Positions 33,621-46,039 of a stretch of 52,107 bases of DNA are shown one piece after another. Each line of letters begins with the position of its first letter. Position 1 is the stretch's first letter. The DNA is from Octopus bimaculoides (Eukaryota): assembly GCF_001194135.2 (NCBI RefSeq), contig NC_068982.1, forward strand, positions 137,486,811-137,538,917. Reading direction: 5' to 3'. The notes below the pieces were generated by a model, which was given only the letters and a program-made list of their open reading frames with translations, was not told the origin of the DNA and did not search any database. The translations under genes were made by a program, and so were the position numbers.

Positions 33621-34659
33621 CACTAGTTTAGACAATACACTCGTAATTATTGAATATATCGATTTAAGCCATGTCGAGGATTTGTTTCTAATTATAAAAT
33701 TAAATATGAAAAATTTAACAATGCATTTATTGACAGTATTAATAAAGCCACAAATGAACGTAACTTGAGAACGTTTTAGAAATTAGTATATTAATCTTAA
33801 TATTCGGTTATATGACACGCTTAATATTATGTATTTTCTGATGGGTAAACGAAGAAAATTATCAAAACGATCGTAAATTTTCCAACTGCATAAACCAAAA
33901 TGAAAATTTAGAATTGAAGTCGAATGCTCACTGACTGCTGCTCGCCATGCTGTGAACATCTCCACTGAAACTAGTCGTTATTCTGCCTTTCAAAGTAGCT
34001 AGCTGTTAAAAAATTAACTACTGAAAAAGGTAGACCAATACATTTACAATTTGCTGTTGAACAGGAAAATGCCTGCCAAAGTCTTTCGTCAGAAATGTAT
34101 CTAAATTGTTAGTGCCACCAAAAACGAACTAAAAGGTTCGGGTTTAAGACGTTGCACGTAGAATAAAGATGCACATTTTTCTGAAGAACGGATACTCTCG
34201 CATACAAATGAACAATTCATTTGCAATTCGTGCATACTAACATTGCATATCCAGCAGAGCATACTAGATTCATATATTTTTCTCTGGTCTTTGCAATGGC
34301 CCACATCTTTCTATCATACAGCAGTTGCAAATAAGCACCATGCTCTTTCACACGGACACTTTTTTTTTTTTCAACCCGTTTTGAGACTTCTCTGCTTTTT
34401 CACATGTACACTAATCAGATGTTTTAAAATCTTTCAAATGCCCTGACAGCACCTCTACAAGTACATGACAGCTGCCTAAGTATTTAACTTCTCACGATTT
34501 ATCGTAGTGTCTTCCCTTAGCCTCTGTAATGCCATTTACACATCCATGGTTTACATGGAAGAATTCCTAATTTTTTTACGGGTTTAGTTGTAAAAACTGT
34601 CATCAGCTTATAGGTGTTTACATGGGCAAATGAACTGGCCATGATAAATAGACTGAGAA

Positions 34660-34900
34660 CTCTCTTGGCCTTACCTAATGAGCAAAATTCATTGCTGATT
34701 TCACCTCTGTACAACATGGCTTGTGCAGAGCTTGCAGGCCATTCATCTATCCCTAGTTTCCTTAGCAACCCTCAAATTAGAGTGGAACCTTATCAAAGAC
34801 CTTTTGTAGTATGAAGAGTATTTCTCTCTAGCACAATATCAACCTGCATCCCATCTAGGTTATTTTGTTTGTAATGAATTGCATAATCTAATCCTACAGT
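34660..34900 (-). mobile_element. Decayed RTE-type LINE reverse-transcriptase fragment
   Basis: - strand translation KVFDKVP / LRKLGIDEW.....QAM.YR resembles RT EKAFDRVP...LRKLGVEEWLVRAVQ.MYR; contains stops and frameshifts. Confidence 0.65.
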
Positions 34901-35091
34901 TTGAAGCCCTCAAGTGCATCTCCAGTTGCCCTTAAACCCCATTGTGCTACGCCAATTATTAGCTATTACATCTTTATTACCCAATTGATCACACAAATAA
35001 CTGTGACCTATTGACAAGCATGTTAAGCATCTTGGTAACTTCCTTAAAGACCAGCTACCTTCATATCTTTAATGGTGCTTGCTACCATACT

Positions 35092-35330
35092 GGCAATTGG
35101 CGTAGTGGTTAACAGCGTGGGCTATTAATCCCAAGATTCCGAGTTCAATTCCAAGCAGTGACCTGAATAGTAATAAGAACATTGAAAAATACCTTAGGAA
35201 TGAGAACCTAGGTTCGAAATTTCCCCCAAGACACCTGATGAAGGCTGGAGGGTATATCAGCTGAATTGTGATAACAAGCAAGACGAGGACAAATATCTGT
35301 CAAATGTACATAATTCCTCATCACTTGACT
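35092..35330 (+). mobile_element. tRNA-headed SINE-like element with a Penelope/hammerhead-like 3' part
   Basis: TGGCGTAGTGG A box, GAGTTCAATTCC B box, CTATTAA anticodon-loop-like segment, then ACAC-CTGATGA-AGGCTG..CAGCT-GAA. Confidence 0.6.
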
Positions 35331-35848
35331 ATAGACCTGTGTCAAAAATTAATTGAATCCATTCGCAAACCATATCATCCCACAAAGCTGATACTTTTTG
35401 TAGTGTCAAGAATCTCTTTTAGATGAAAGATAATTGGCTTGTAATTATTACGCAAGAGTAAATCTACTGGAATATAAGTTTTAGTTGATGTTAGCTGAAT
35501 GNNNNNNNNNNNNNNNNNNNNNNNNNNNNNNNNNNNNNNNNNNNNNNNNNNNNNNNNNNNNNNNNNNNNNNNNNNNNNNNNNNNNNNNNNNNNNNNNNNN
35601 NNNNNNNNNNNNNNNNNNNNNNNNNNNNNNNNNNNNNNNNNNNNNNNNNNNNNNNNNNNNNNNNNNNNNNNNNNNNNNNNNNNNNNNNNNNNNNNNNNNN
35701 NNNNNNNNNNNNNNNNNNNNNNNNNNNNNNNNNNNNNNNNNNNNNNNNNNNNNNNNNNNNNNNNNNNNNNNNNNNNNNNNNNNNNNNNNNNNNNNNNNNN
35801 NNNNNNNNNNNNNNNNNNNNNNNNNNNNNNNNNNNNNNNNNNNNNNNN

Positions 35849-36181
35849 GCCTTACTGGCACTTGTGATGGTGGCACGTGAAAAAACATTCGAGCGAGATC
35901 GTTGCCAGTGCCGCTGGACTGGCTCCTGTGCAGGTGGCACGTAAAAAACACCATTTTGAGCGTGGCCGTTGCCAGTACCGCCTGACTGGTCTTCGTGCCG
36001 GTGGCACGTAGAAGCATTCACTACACTCTCAGAGTGGTTGGCGTTAGGAAGGGCATCCAGCTGTAGAAACTCTACCAAATCAGATTGAAACCTGGTGTAG
36101 TCATCTGGTTCGCCAGTCCTCAGTCAAATCGTCCAACCCATGCTAGCATGGAAGGCAGACGTTAAATGATAATGATGATGA
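35849..36181 (+). mobile_element. RTE/Rex3-like 3' tail element (family D)
   Basis: Internal tggcacgt repeats, gtggttggcgttaggaagggcatccagctgtagaaac, and a (GAT)n tail. Confidence 0.8.
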
Positions 36182-36658
36182 TCCTATTTCTATGCACATA
36201 AATTGTATAGGCATTCGTTAACATTTTCCTAGCACATCCAATTAACCATTCAGTTTCGGCTAAAAGGTATACTGCAATAAATTTACAATTAGTTTTTAAA
36301 AACTTGCTACTTGGATCGTTTTAATGTTATGCTGTCACAGGTAGCTTCTATTATTATAGGCAGCTGTGTTATTTGAATCCTGTGTTTGTACAGTTGTCAT
36401 TGTATCTGGATGAATTGTGTGTGTGCATATCTTATTTGCTTCAGTCAATCTGCAGCCATGTGTGTGTGTGTGTGTATGTATGTTATATAACATGAGATTG
36501 GAGCAGGCAGTAGTCTGTTTCACTCTTCGTGTACAATTGATCTTTCCAATAAATTAACCAACGAAGTCACTAAGTGGTTGCATGATCTGCAAAAAACAAC
36601 AGTAAAATTATATCTACTCCCAGTTTTTTTCTCCAAAGAACACATTGGAAATTATATC

Positions 36659-36992
36659 ATCATCGTTTAACGTCCGCTTTCCATGCTAGCATGGGTTGGA
36701 CGATTTGACTGAGGACTGGTGAAACCAGATGGCTACACCAGGCTCCAATCTGATTTTGGCAGAGTTTCTACAGCTGGATGCCCTTCCTAATGCCAACCAC
36801 TCCGAGAGTGTAGTGGGTGCTTTTACGTGCCACCGGCACGAAGGCCAGTCAGGCGGTACTGGCAACGGCCACGCTCAAAATGGTGTATTTTATGTGCCAC
36901 CCGCACAAGAGCCAGTCCAGGGGCACTGGCAACGATCTCGCTCGAAAGTCCTTACACATGCCACGGGCACAAGTGCCAGAAAGGCGACGCTG
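36659..36992 (-). mobile_element. Family D element
   Basis: Reverse complement of 35849-36181. Confidence 0.85.
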
Positions 36993-38949
36993 GGCACAGG
37001 ATCCAGAATAAAAGATGGGATAGTCAAAGCTGGAGACCTTTTTGATCACATCTGCTTGATCAGGGCTAACTAGGTTAAACAGCAAGTGTTAAAGAAATGA
37101 GACATCTGCTGGATGTAATGCAAACCTCATACAGGACATAATCTTTCTGGGGAAATGTCAGTTGGCTATCCAAAAACAGTGGTTGCAGCTGACCTGTTAA
37201 GACACTGGCTGAAGGCTTGGAAATTCACACAAGCTTAGATGACCCCTATTTCTTTGTATGCAGGTACCATATGATAGGAATACTTCACTGCCATAGACAA
37301 CAGTAGCTCCATAAGACATTTTTCTTTAATTTAGTACTGGACTCAACATAATGCATAAGTAACTTTGATGGGTTTCACAAAATTGACATATGCTACATCA
37401 TAATTATAATCAATCACCGTTCTGTTTTTCAGTGCTTGTATAGGTTAGACAAACTTTGTTGAGGCATATTTTCAATGACTGGACGTTTTTCTTGTAACCA
37501 ACACTCACCTGTTTCCAGACAAGGTAATATGTTCCCAAGTCTTTTAATACAAAAAGAACAATGGCTGGATATGTTTTAAAAGAGTGCAAACAAACAACAC
37601 CACTTGTGTGACAGTGACATTCGTTTACAATTAGTGCACAGTTCCAAGACATGGAGACCCAAACATAGACTTCCATGAAGTGACATTGTCAATTTTCTTT
37701 TAAACTTATAAATGTATTGGAACTCATGGCCATCTGACAATAAGGTTCTACCACTGGGACATGAAATCATAATTTCAGTCAGTCTGAGACAATCCACAAG
37801 CTTCTTTCAGTTTCCATCTAATTCCCTCATTAAGCATTGGTTGGTCATGAGTTATAGAAGACAATACTTTCCAAAAGTGCTACAGGGTGGTACTGAACCC
37901 AAAGCTACATGGTTGAGAAACCAAACGATTTTTTAACCATACCTGATAGTGAGAAAAAAAAATTAAAATCTTTGTACTTGGGTTTCAACTTTCATTGGAT
38001 TTCAGTAAATCACAAATGCATTAAAATAACAACTAAAATACAATTTAGTGACAATATCAGAATATAGAATTTATTCTTATATATATATAATATATATGTG
38101 TGTGTGTGTATGTATGTGTCTATATACTTATATACAAGATGGGATGTAGCTTTAAAAGTAAGCTTTAAGATTGTAGAAAGCAGATCTTGTCTCAGGAAGA
38201 ACATCTGTAGTTTAAGTATTTCGTTATCCGTTAACTCTGTAAAACCACAGGATATCTTTAGTTACCAATTTTGATTTCTTTTAACTAGACACAAAGTAAA
38301 TAGAGAAGTTGTGACGTTCATGGTTTTCCGAAGGGCATTAATGGCATTTAACTGGGAAACTGAAATCATGTCATGGGCCTGACTTACCGAAAGCTAACCT
38401 CTCATTCAATGATGAATGTCACATATGTATGTGTTACTAACAGTGATGTCTGATGTAAACAGGAGACCTCAACTTCATAAGGGCAGAGAAATGTAGCGTT
38501 GAGACATTTATGCCTTTCTAGAAGACATTAGAAGCATAAGTGCATTGAAATAACTTCAACTAGGAATCAAAACTAAGTCACTGACTTGACTTGTTGGGAG
38601 CTTACCTTGTGGTACTCACCACTTTTCATTAGCAATACTGACAAAAAAAAAAAAATGAAAGTGAAAGCTAAGCTTTAATTCCCAAACAGCTAGATGTCTG
38701 AAGAATCTACTAATGGTAAAGGCATTAGCAACAATTAAACTTTAAATGATTCTCAGGAGTTGAAAGTTTCTTTCTCTTCATTCCTCTCATCCTGTTTCTG
38801 TTCAACTTTAATCCCTTTAAAGTGAATTATATCAAAATGTTCGGATTATCTCTGAAATCCTATAAAATATGTTGTTTTTTTTTTCTTTTGGCAAGAATAG
38901 TCAATTTAAAACAGCTTTTGAGAGTAGTGCTAACGAAAAAAAATAATAT

Positions 38950-40777
38950 TTATATTATTTCCTTAACTTCTGATTGCCAACCATCGAAATCACTAAATAA
39001 TAAATAGTTCTTGATTTTTAATGGAATTTCCAAGGCTTGTATGTCATTAGAAACTTTCCCACCCTTACCAAAAGTAGTGCGGATGCACTGCCTACAGTGT
39101 TCCATTAATGGCCTGGTATTACAAGAAAGAGTCTGTACCATTTCTATAGTACTTTTGTTCACAGATGGCATTTTACGTAGAATGTGTAAATGACTTCGAA
39201 ATGCGTTCAGAGCTTTTGACCCATAAGCTTTTGCAAGCCAGATAATCAATGTCTCTTTTTGTTGATGAAGTACATGTTCCAGAGGACTGCAAGGTCCACA
39301 GGACTCCAAGAAAGTGGAAACCTGATTCGATCGAGCATTGGCAAGCAGCAATACTTTGGCCATGTCAAGGTTTAAATTATCAATAGCAAACCAAAGTGGT
39401 AAGGTCCCCACAGCATCTTCGATATCTGGGTCAGCGCCATACTGCAGAAGTAATACTACAAGTGGGAAGTTGTTATAGAAAACTGCTTCGTTAAGTGCTG
39501 TCATTCCATGCAAGCCTCGATGATTCACCTTACAACCATAGTCTAGCAAAAGTTTTGATGTTGAAATCTGTTGATGTTTTACAGCATTCACAAGTGGCGT
39601 AATCCCATCATAGTTCTGTGCATCAATATCAAAGTTGCGTTCAATGAGAAACTTACAGATTTCTGTGTTGCCACCAGCAGCAGCAAAGTGCAGAAGCATG
39701 TCCCCATTGGAAGTTCTTTCATAAATATCAGCACCATTAGATATGAGGAATTTCAATACATCCATATGCCCTTTGCTAGCCGCTACATGAAGTGGAGTGC
39801 AGCCAAGAACATCTTGTGCGTTAATGGAGGATCCAGCTTCAAACAATAATTTGCAGCATCCCAGTTTTCCTCGTTCAGAAGCCAAATGCAGTGCTGTGCG
39901 TTTGTTATAAGCAACCATGTTGATATTGCATCTATGCTGCACCAATAGTTCAACGATTTTATCATGACCATTAAGTGAAGCCATCATCAGTGGAGTGAAA
40001 CGACGAATGTCTTGTGCATCAATCTCAGCGCCATGCTCGAGCAGCAAACAGGTGCATTCATAGTCACCATGTTGTGTGGTCAAGTGAAGTGCAGTAACTG
40101 CACTGTGGCTCATATGATTCACATCACAACTTCGATTCAGCAGCATTGCTAAAACCTGATAATGCCCTTTTTCTGCAGCACACATCAATGGAGTATTACC
40201 AAAGTTATCCTCACTCTCAACATCAGCTTTAGCAGTCAGTAAGGTCTGGCAACAATTAATATGGCCATTACTGGCAGCCATGTGTAGAGCACTTGCTTCG
40301 TGAGATCCTCCTCGACGTACAGATGCATTCCATTTGAGCAAAAGTTTCACAATATGATCATGACCATTTGTTGCTGCTAAAATCAATGGCGTATTGTCTT
40401 CAGCATTCTCAGCATTGGCTTCAGATCCAGACTCTAACAAAGACTGACAACATTCTAAATGTCCCTCACTGGCACTGAAGTGAAGAGCTGTGTTCTGTAA
40501 AGGGCCAACACTGAGATCAATTGTACAATCCCAGCGAATGATGAGATCAAGGATAGGGTTTTGTCCATATTTGGAGGCTGTTGCCAAAGGTGTAAACCCT
40601 TCAGAATCTAACATATTGCATGATATTCCAGCCTCTAAAATTGTTGCAGCACAATTGATGGATCCAATTTTACAAGACAGAATTAAGTTCACCTTCAGTT
40701 CATCTTCGGCAATCTCTTTAGCAGATATCATTCGGCGAAGAGTTTTACTATCATCTTTATAGAAAAGTTCACGTAAT
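38950..40777 (-). CDS. Ankyrin repeat and SOCS box protein (ASB-like), large terminal coding exon
   Basis: 593-aa ORF with 13 clear ankyrin repeats (G.TPLH.AA..GH...LL..GA..N/D) plus degenerate flanking ones, and a C-terminal SOCS box (RPLMEHCRQCIR...IQALEIPLKIKNYLLF). The frame extends upstream to a strong acceptor (ttttcttttctttttccag|A TTA CGT GAA, 40777), adding LRELFYKDDSKTLRR, so at least one further 5' exon exists. It was not located. Confidence 0.95.
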
Positions 40778-40929
40778 CTGGAAAAAGAAAAGAAAAAAAA
40801 AATTGTTAAATATAGAGGAAAAAAAAATTGTTAAATATAAAAGAAAAAAAATCGTCATAAATTAAGTTAATTTAAAACAGTGCTTCTCAAACATTTTTAA
40901 CTGTTGTTAAAATTCATAAAACAAAAAGC

Positions 40930-41075
40930 AAAAGACGAAGACAGGTGTAGGAACAACAAGCAGGTGTATTAGTTTGACGCTCTGGAAAAATTAAGTCTTT
41001 TATGTTTCAAGCCTACGCTCTTCAGCAGAAAGGAACAAGAGAAAATAAACAGAGAGAGAGAGAAAGTGAAAAGAA
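40930..41075 (-). mobile_element. Penelope-like terminal fragment
   Basis: The reverse complement reads cctttctgctgaagagcgtaggcttgaaacataaaagac...; homologous to 11480. Confidence 0.6.
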
Positions 41076-41208
41076 CTATTGCTTCTTTTCTTTTACTAAT
41101 ACTTTTTTCAATGCTACCCCTGTCATCTACTACGATTCTATGTCCCACCATCTGGAGTAGTCATGTACAACAAGGCACTTGTTCCTGACCTCCATACATA
41201 TTTTAGCT

Positions 41209-41305
41209 CAGTGGTTCTTAACCAGGGTCCATGTGACCCTTGAGGGTCCATATAAGATTTTATTGTTAAAATTGATGTGCAATACATTGGTTATACTTCT
41301 ACAAT
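41209..41305 (+). mobile_element. hAT/Charlie-like MITE end
   Basis: Starts CAGTGGTTCTTAACCAGGGTCC, typical of hAT-Charlie termini; other end not found. Confidence 0.4.
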
Positions 41306-41688
41306 TCTTTTATTCTTTTATGTTTCAGCCTTGAGGCTGCAGCCATGCTGGGGCACCGCCATTTTAAAAAAGACAAGGTTCTGACAATGCACAAAACATG
41401 GGGGGATCAAACCTTTAAGGTTTCGACCAAAAAGAGCCATATGATTGCAAAGCAAATATATCAACAACATACACACACACACACACACATCTATCTATAT
41501 ATATACATAAATAATATATACAGAATATGGGGGTTTAGTTCACTGGTGATCTAAATGAATAGGTACAATGGGTAAGTGCTGTAATGGATTATCAGGGATC
41601 CAAGCACATAACTGAGATGGAAGTTATGGATCCATTTTAGATTTCCGATTTAGCAGATATGTATTTGTGGAGTTTGTTGTCCTCATTC

Positions 41689-41726
<38 letters not shown>

Positions 41727-41737
41727 CTGTGCCGTAA

Positions 41738-42040
41738 CAGTTTGCTTTCCAATCACATGGTTCCAGGTTCAGTCCCACTGTGTAGCACCCTGGGCAAGTG
41801 TCTTTTACTACAGCCTCAGACCAATCAAAGCCTTGTGGGTGGACTTGGTAGATGGAAACTGAAAGAAGCCCATTGTATATAATTTTATATATCTAAGTAT
41901 GTGTGTGTGTGTCTTTGTTTGTCCTGACCCCACCACTTGACAACCAGAGTTGGTGTGTTTACATCCTCATAACTTAGCAGTTTGGCAAAAAAAAAACTGA
42001 TAGAATATGTACCAGACTTAAAAAAACAATAAACACTTGG
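41738..42040 (+). mobile_element. SINE family C (CpG-decayed)
   Basis: Homologous to 30891 with CG changed to TG/CA. Confidence 0.85.
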
Positions 42041-42049
42041 GTTGATTCA

Positions 42050-42345
42050 TCATCATCTTATTTAACAGCCACCTTCTATGCTGGCATGGGTAAGACAGCT
42101 CGACAAGAGCTAACCAGGCAGAAGCTTGCCCCAGACTTCTGTGTCTGTTTTGACAGGGCTTTTATGACTGAATGCCCTTTTTAACACCAACCACCCAGCA
42201 GAGTGGACTGAGTGCTTTTTACATGGCATAAGCACAGGTGAGGTCAGTTTTGGATGCCTTTCCAAATGCCAACCACTTTACAATGTGGACTGGATGCTTT
42301 TTACGTGGCATCAATGCTGGCAGGGTCACCAAGTAATTGGCAAGA
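42050..42345 (-). mobile_element. Family D-related element, older
   Basis: catcatcatc.tttaac..cc..cttc.atgctggcatggg...atgccc.t..taacaccaacca. Confidence 0.6.
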
Positions 42346-42592
42346 CAAAGATTCTTTGAGAAGGGAGGAGACATTGGAGGAAGTGGTCTTGCATCAGATG
42401 ATGAAAGATTATAGTGAGACAGTGACGCAGAAACAGGTGCCTTGCTGTAGAGGAGGTACGTGATTACCTGGCCAGAGAGAGAGAGGGTGAACAGGAATCA
42501 TACGACTAAAATTCTTCAAGGTGGTGCCCCAGCATGGCCAAAGTCTAATGACTGACACAAGTAAAAGATATTATGAGATAAAAGATATATAT

Positions 42593-42908
42593 CATCATCG
42601 TCGTTTAAACGTCCGCTTTCCATGCTAGCATGGGTTGGACGATTTGGCTGGGGACTGGCGAACCAGGTGGCTACACCAGACTCCAATCTGATCCAGCAGT
42701 GTTTCTACAGCTGGATGCCCTTCCTAACAGCAACCACTCAGAGAATGTAGTGGGTGCTTTTTACATGCCACTGGCACGAGGGCCAGTCCAGCAGTAGTGG
42801 CAACAGCTATGCTGAAATGGTGTTTTTTACGTGCCACCTGCACAGGTGTCAGTCCAATGATTTGTTCACATGCCACCAGCACAAGTGCCAGTAAGGTGAA
42901 GCTGGAAA

Positions 42909-42910
<2 letters not shown>
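42593..42910 (-). mobile_element. Family D element
   Basis: Homologous to 36659-36992. Confidence 0.85.
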
Positions 42911-42939
<29 letters not shown>

Positions 42940-43352
42940 NNNNNNNNNNNNNNNNNNNNNNNNNNNNNNNNNNNNNNNNNNNNNNNNNNNNNNNNNNNNN
43001 NNNNNNNNNNNNNNNNNNNNNNNNNNNNNNNNNNNNNNNNNNNNNNNNNNNNNNNNNNNNNNNNNNNNNNNNNNNNNNNNNNNNNNNNNNNNNNNNNNNN
43101 NNNNNNNNNNNNNNNNNNNNNNNNNNNNNNNNNNNATATCCATAGTAGTGTGGATTGATCAAACTGTGAGCGGTAGTGTTGATAATGATGAGGTTGATGA
43201 TAATGATGATAACGATGATCATGCCAGAAAATTATTAAGTAGCTGTGAACTGACATTTAACATACCTCCATCTGTTTACAATATAAACTGTCTTGAACTA
43301 CTAAACAATGTGCCAAAAGTTGATCTTAGTTTTTGTCCCTCGAGCTGCCAGG

Positions 43353-43389
<37 letters not shown>

Positions 43390-43994
43390 CACATGCACGT
43401 ATGGTGAGTCAGAGAAGTTGAGTAAGATATGAATATAATTATTTACAATAAGAAAAATAGATAAACAAATAAATTAACCAGATTTTTATCTTAACTAAAT
43501 AACAGTCAGCATGTGGTTATTTTAAGAAAACTATCAACTATCATCAACTTGAATTTACTACTATTTTATTGACTAAATCCTCTTCTAAACACTGCTCTTG
43601 TTACCAGAAGGGTAGACCTGTAGAGCTCCACATTTAATGTTCAAATAGGTATCTATGTATCATAGTGAATGTATATTGTATACACTGCTGACAGGCAAGT
43701 TACTGCATTTTGTCCAGATTACATTCTCACTAGCTGCTATCAGGATGACTTTTTCAATACATACATACATACAAACGTATGTACATACATATGTATATGT
43801 TTAAAGTGGTGTACTGATTTTATATATTCAGAATAAGAGGGTAATAATTATTTATCTTGCACTTTCATCTCATTTCAGAGATTTATCAGGAATTATTTTT
43901 TTTAACAGAAACTTTAGGCATTTTATATATACGCAAGTTAGTTGAAAAAAATCTGGAGTTGAAGAGGGAAGAGAATGTTCATTGCTATTTTGAA

Positions 43995-44035
<41 letters not shown>

Positions 44036-44099
44036 TAATTTTTGGAGACTTGGTTAGAGGGAGAAAAAAATGGAAAAAAGAATTAAAAACACTAGATAT

Positions 44100-44191
44100 A
44101 TATGTGGAAGAGCATAGGCTCAAAATGTTAAAGACTTTTTCACTTCCTGAGCGTTAAACTAATACATCTGTTTGTTGTCTACACCACCTGT
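44100..44191 (+). mobile_element. Penelope-like terminal fragment
   Basis: gaagagcataggctcaaaatgttaaagacttttt...tacaccacctgt. Confidence 0.55.
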
Positions 44192-44314
44192 NNNNNNNNN
44201 NNNNNNNNNNNNNNNNNNNNNNNNNNNNNNNNNNNNNNNNNNNNNNNNNNNNNNNNNNNNNNNNNNNNNNNNNNNNNNNNNNNNNNNNNNNNNNNNNNNN
44301 NNNNNNNNNNNNNN

Positions 44315-44359
<45 letters not shown>

Positions 44360-44669
44360 AGTTGGGATGCATGGCATTCAGTTATTCCATAAATGAAAAA
44401 TGCATTACATACTACAAAACGTATATGTAGGACATAGAAGGGCCCTAATCTTTCCTCGGTTATCGATCAAAAATATTAATACTTAGTTTCGTGCCTTTAA
44501 TGATAAAGGCGTGAAACCAGGTATTAGTATTTTGGGTCGATAACTGAGGAAGGATTAGTGCCCTTCTGTGTCTGTCCTACATGTACGTTTTGTAGTATTT
44601 AATGCATTTTTCAATTATACGTATATATATTTATTTTAATACATCACATCTATAAGAGATTTTTTTCTC

Positions 44670-44785
44670 AGGATAAAACTTATTTTATCAACCCTGATAG
44701 GATGAAAGGCAAAGTTGATATCAGTAGGATTTGAACTCAAAACAAAGAACCAAAAGAAATACCACTGAGCAGTTTGTTGGATATA
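44670..44785 (-). mobile_element. SINE family B fragment
   Basis: cttattttatcaaccctgataggatgaaaggcaaagttga....ggatttgaactca. Confidence 0.7.
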
Positions 44786-44794
44786 CTCTTTTTT

Positions 44795-45020
44795 TTACTC
44801 TTTTACTTGTTTCGGTCATTTGACTGCGACCATGCTGGAGCACTGCCTTTAGTCGAGCAAATCGACCCCAGGACTTGTTTTTTGTAAGCCTAGTACCTAT
44901 TCTATCGGTCTCTTTTGCCGAACTGCTAAGTTACAGGGATGTAAACACACCAGCATTGGTTGTCAAGCAATGCTAGGGGGGACAAACACAGACACACAAA
45001 CACACACACATAGACATATA
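44795..45020 (-). mobile_element. SINE family C, 3' half
   Basis: Near-identical to 33111-33290. Confidence 0.85.
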
Positions 45021-45322
45021 TAGGCATAACTACAGAGTTGTACCCCCCAGACTTTGGAAGGTCATAACTTTCAGAAAAATGAATATTTTTTATGAAATTT
45101 TCTATGCATATAGTATTTATTATGTAGATTCCGAATATACAAAAATTTCCGGTGAAAGTGTTTTGGAATGGGGGTGGGGGACAATTTTCGGAAATTCCAA
45201 CAGACTTAAATAGCCATAGTAGAGTAATACATAATACAGTTACCTCCCTTGAAATATGTGTGTGTGTGTGTGTGTGTGTGTCTGTGGCTATGATACTCTC
45301 TGAGGAAAGTTGCCAAATTACA

Positions 45323-45660
45323 TTAACCCTATTGCGCCTTGTTCCTGCAATAGCAGGAATAGCCTAAACGTAATCGTTACCAGATCCTCGTTAAAGTGGT
45401 AATGAACAACACTCATAAAAAAGAAGATAAAATACTAGAATTAGACGACCGGTCGCATTGCAGCTTTGTAATCAAGTGTATTTATAACTCATTGTTGAGG
45501 GTATCCCCCAGAGCAGTTGTTTATTTTTGTTTTTAACTGGAAAAAAGAAAAAAGATTTTTAGTGATGAAATGAGCATGTGAGGAACCTAGCACTTTGTCT
45601 GGTAAACGAGTAAAGCCTTCACTCTTTACAACTGAGGAAATTATTGATGATATTTAGTCT
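45323..45660 (+). mobile_element. Possible piggyBac-like 5' remnant
   Basis: TTAA-CCCT start and a decayed short frame EEPSTLSGKRVKPSLFTTEEIIDDI; no second terminus found. Confidence 0.3.
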
Positions 45661-45669
45661 TTAAACAAA

Positions 45670-45740
45670 GACGGTGAGCTGCCAGAAATGTTAGAACGCC
45701 AGGCGAAATGCTTAGCGGTATTTCGTCTGCTGTTACATTT
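45670..45740 (+). mobile_element. SINE family B head
   Basis: gacggtgagctgccagaaatgttagaacgccaggcgaaatgcttagcggtatttcgtct. Confidence 0.75.
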
Positions 45741-46039
45741 ACCCTTATGCAGAGAATGAGAATGATGTGGGCACTCAAGCTGGTAAAAGTGATGAGGAAA
45801 ATAGTGATTCAGGGGGACAAACACAGTAGTTGAGAGAGATAGGCCATTAGCTTGCCTGCAATTATTACTCTTGAGTTGTGTATACAACTATTAATTTTTT
45901 ATTTTTTTTTAGCTCAGGATCCCTGGTGGAAGGTAAACACAAGGGACCCAGGTCTGAGAGAGTTGATAACAAGCAATTATTGCTATCTCATGTGGAGCCA
46001 TAATACCCAGTAATGTTGTACCCACACTGTTTCCCATCA

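Noticed and set aside
35092-35163. tRNA-Asn-like gene (also tRNA-like heads at 5939 and 6652)
   Set aside because: Acceptor stem does not pair and each continues into repeat bodies; these are SINE heads.
36729-37073. 114-aa ORF and similar 60-115 aa ORFs (884, 4604, 6021, 9735, 26287, 33283)
   Set aside because: They lie within multi-copy SINE or RTE-tail repeats and have no recognisable domain.
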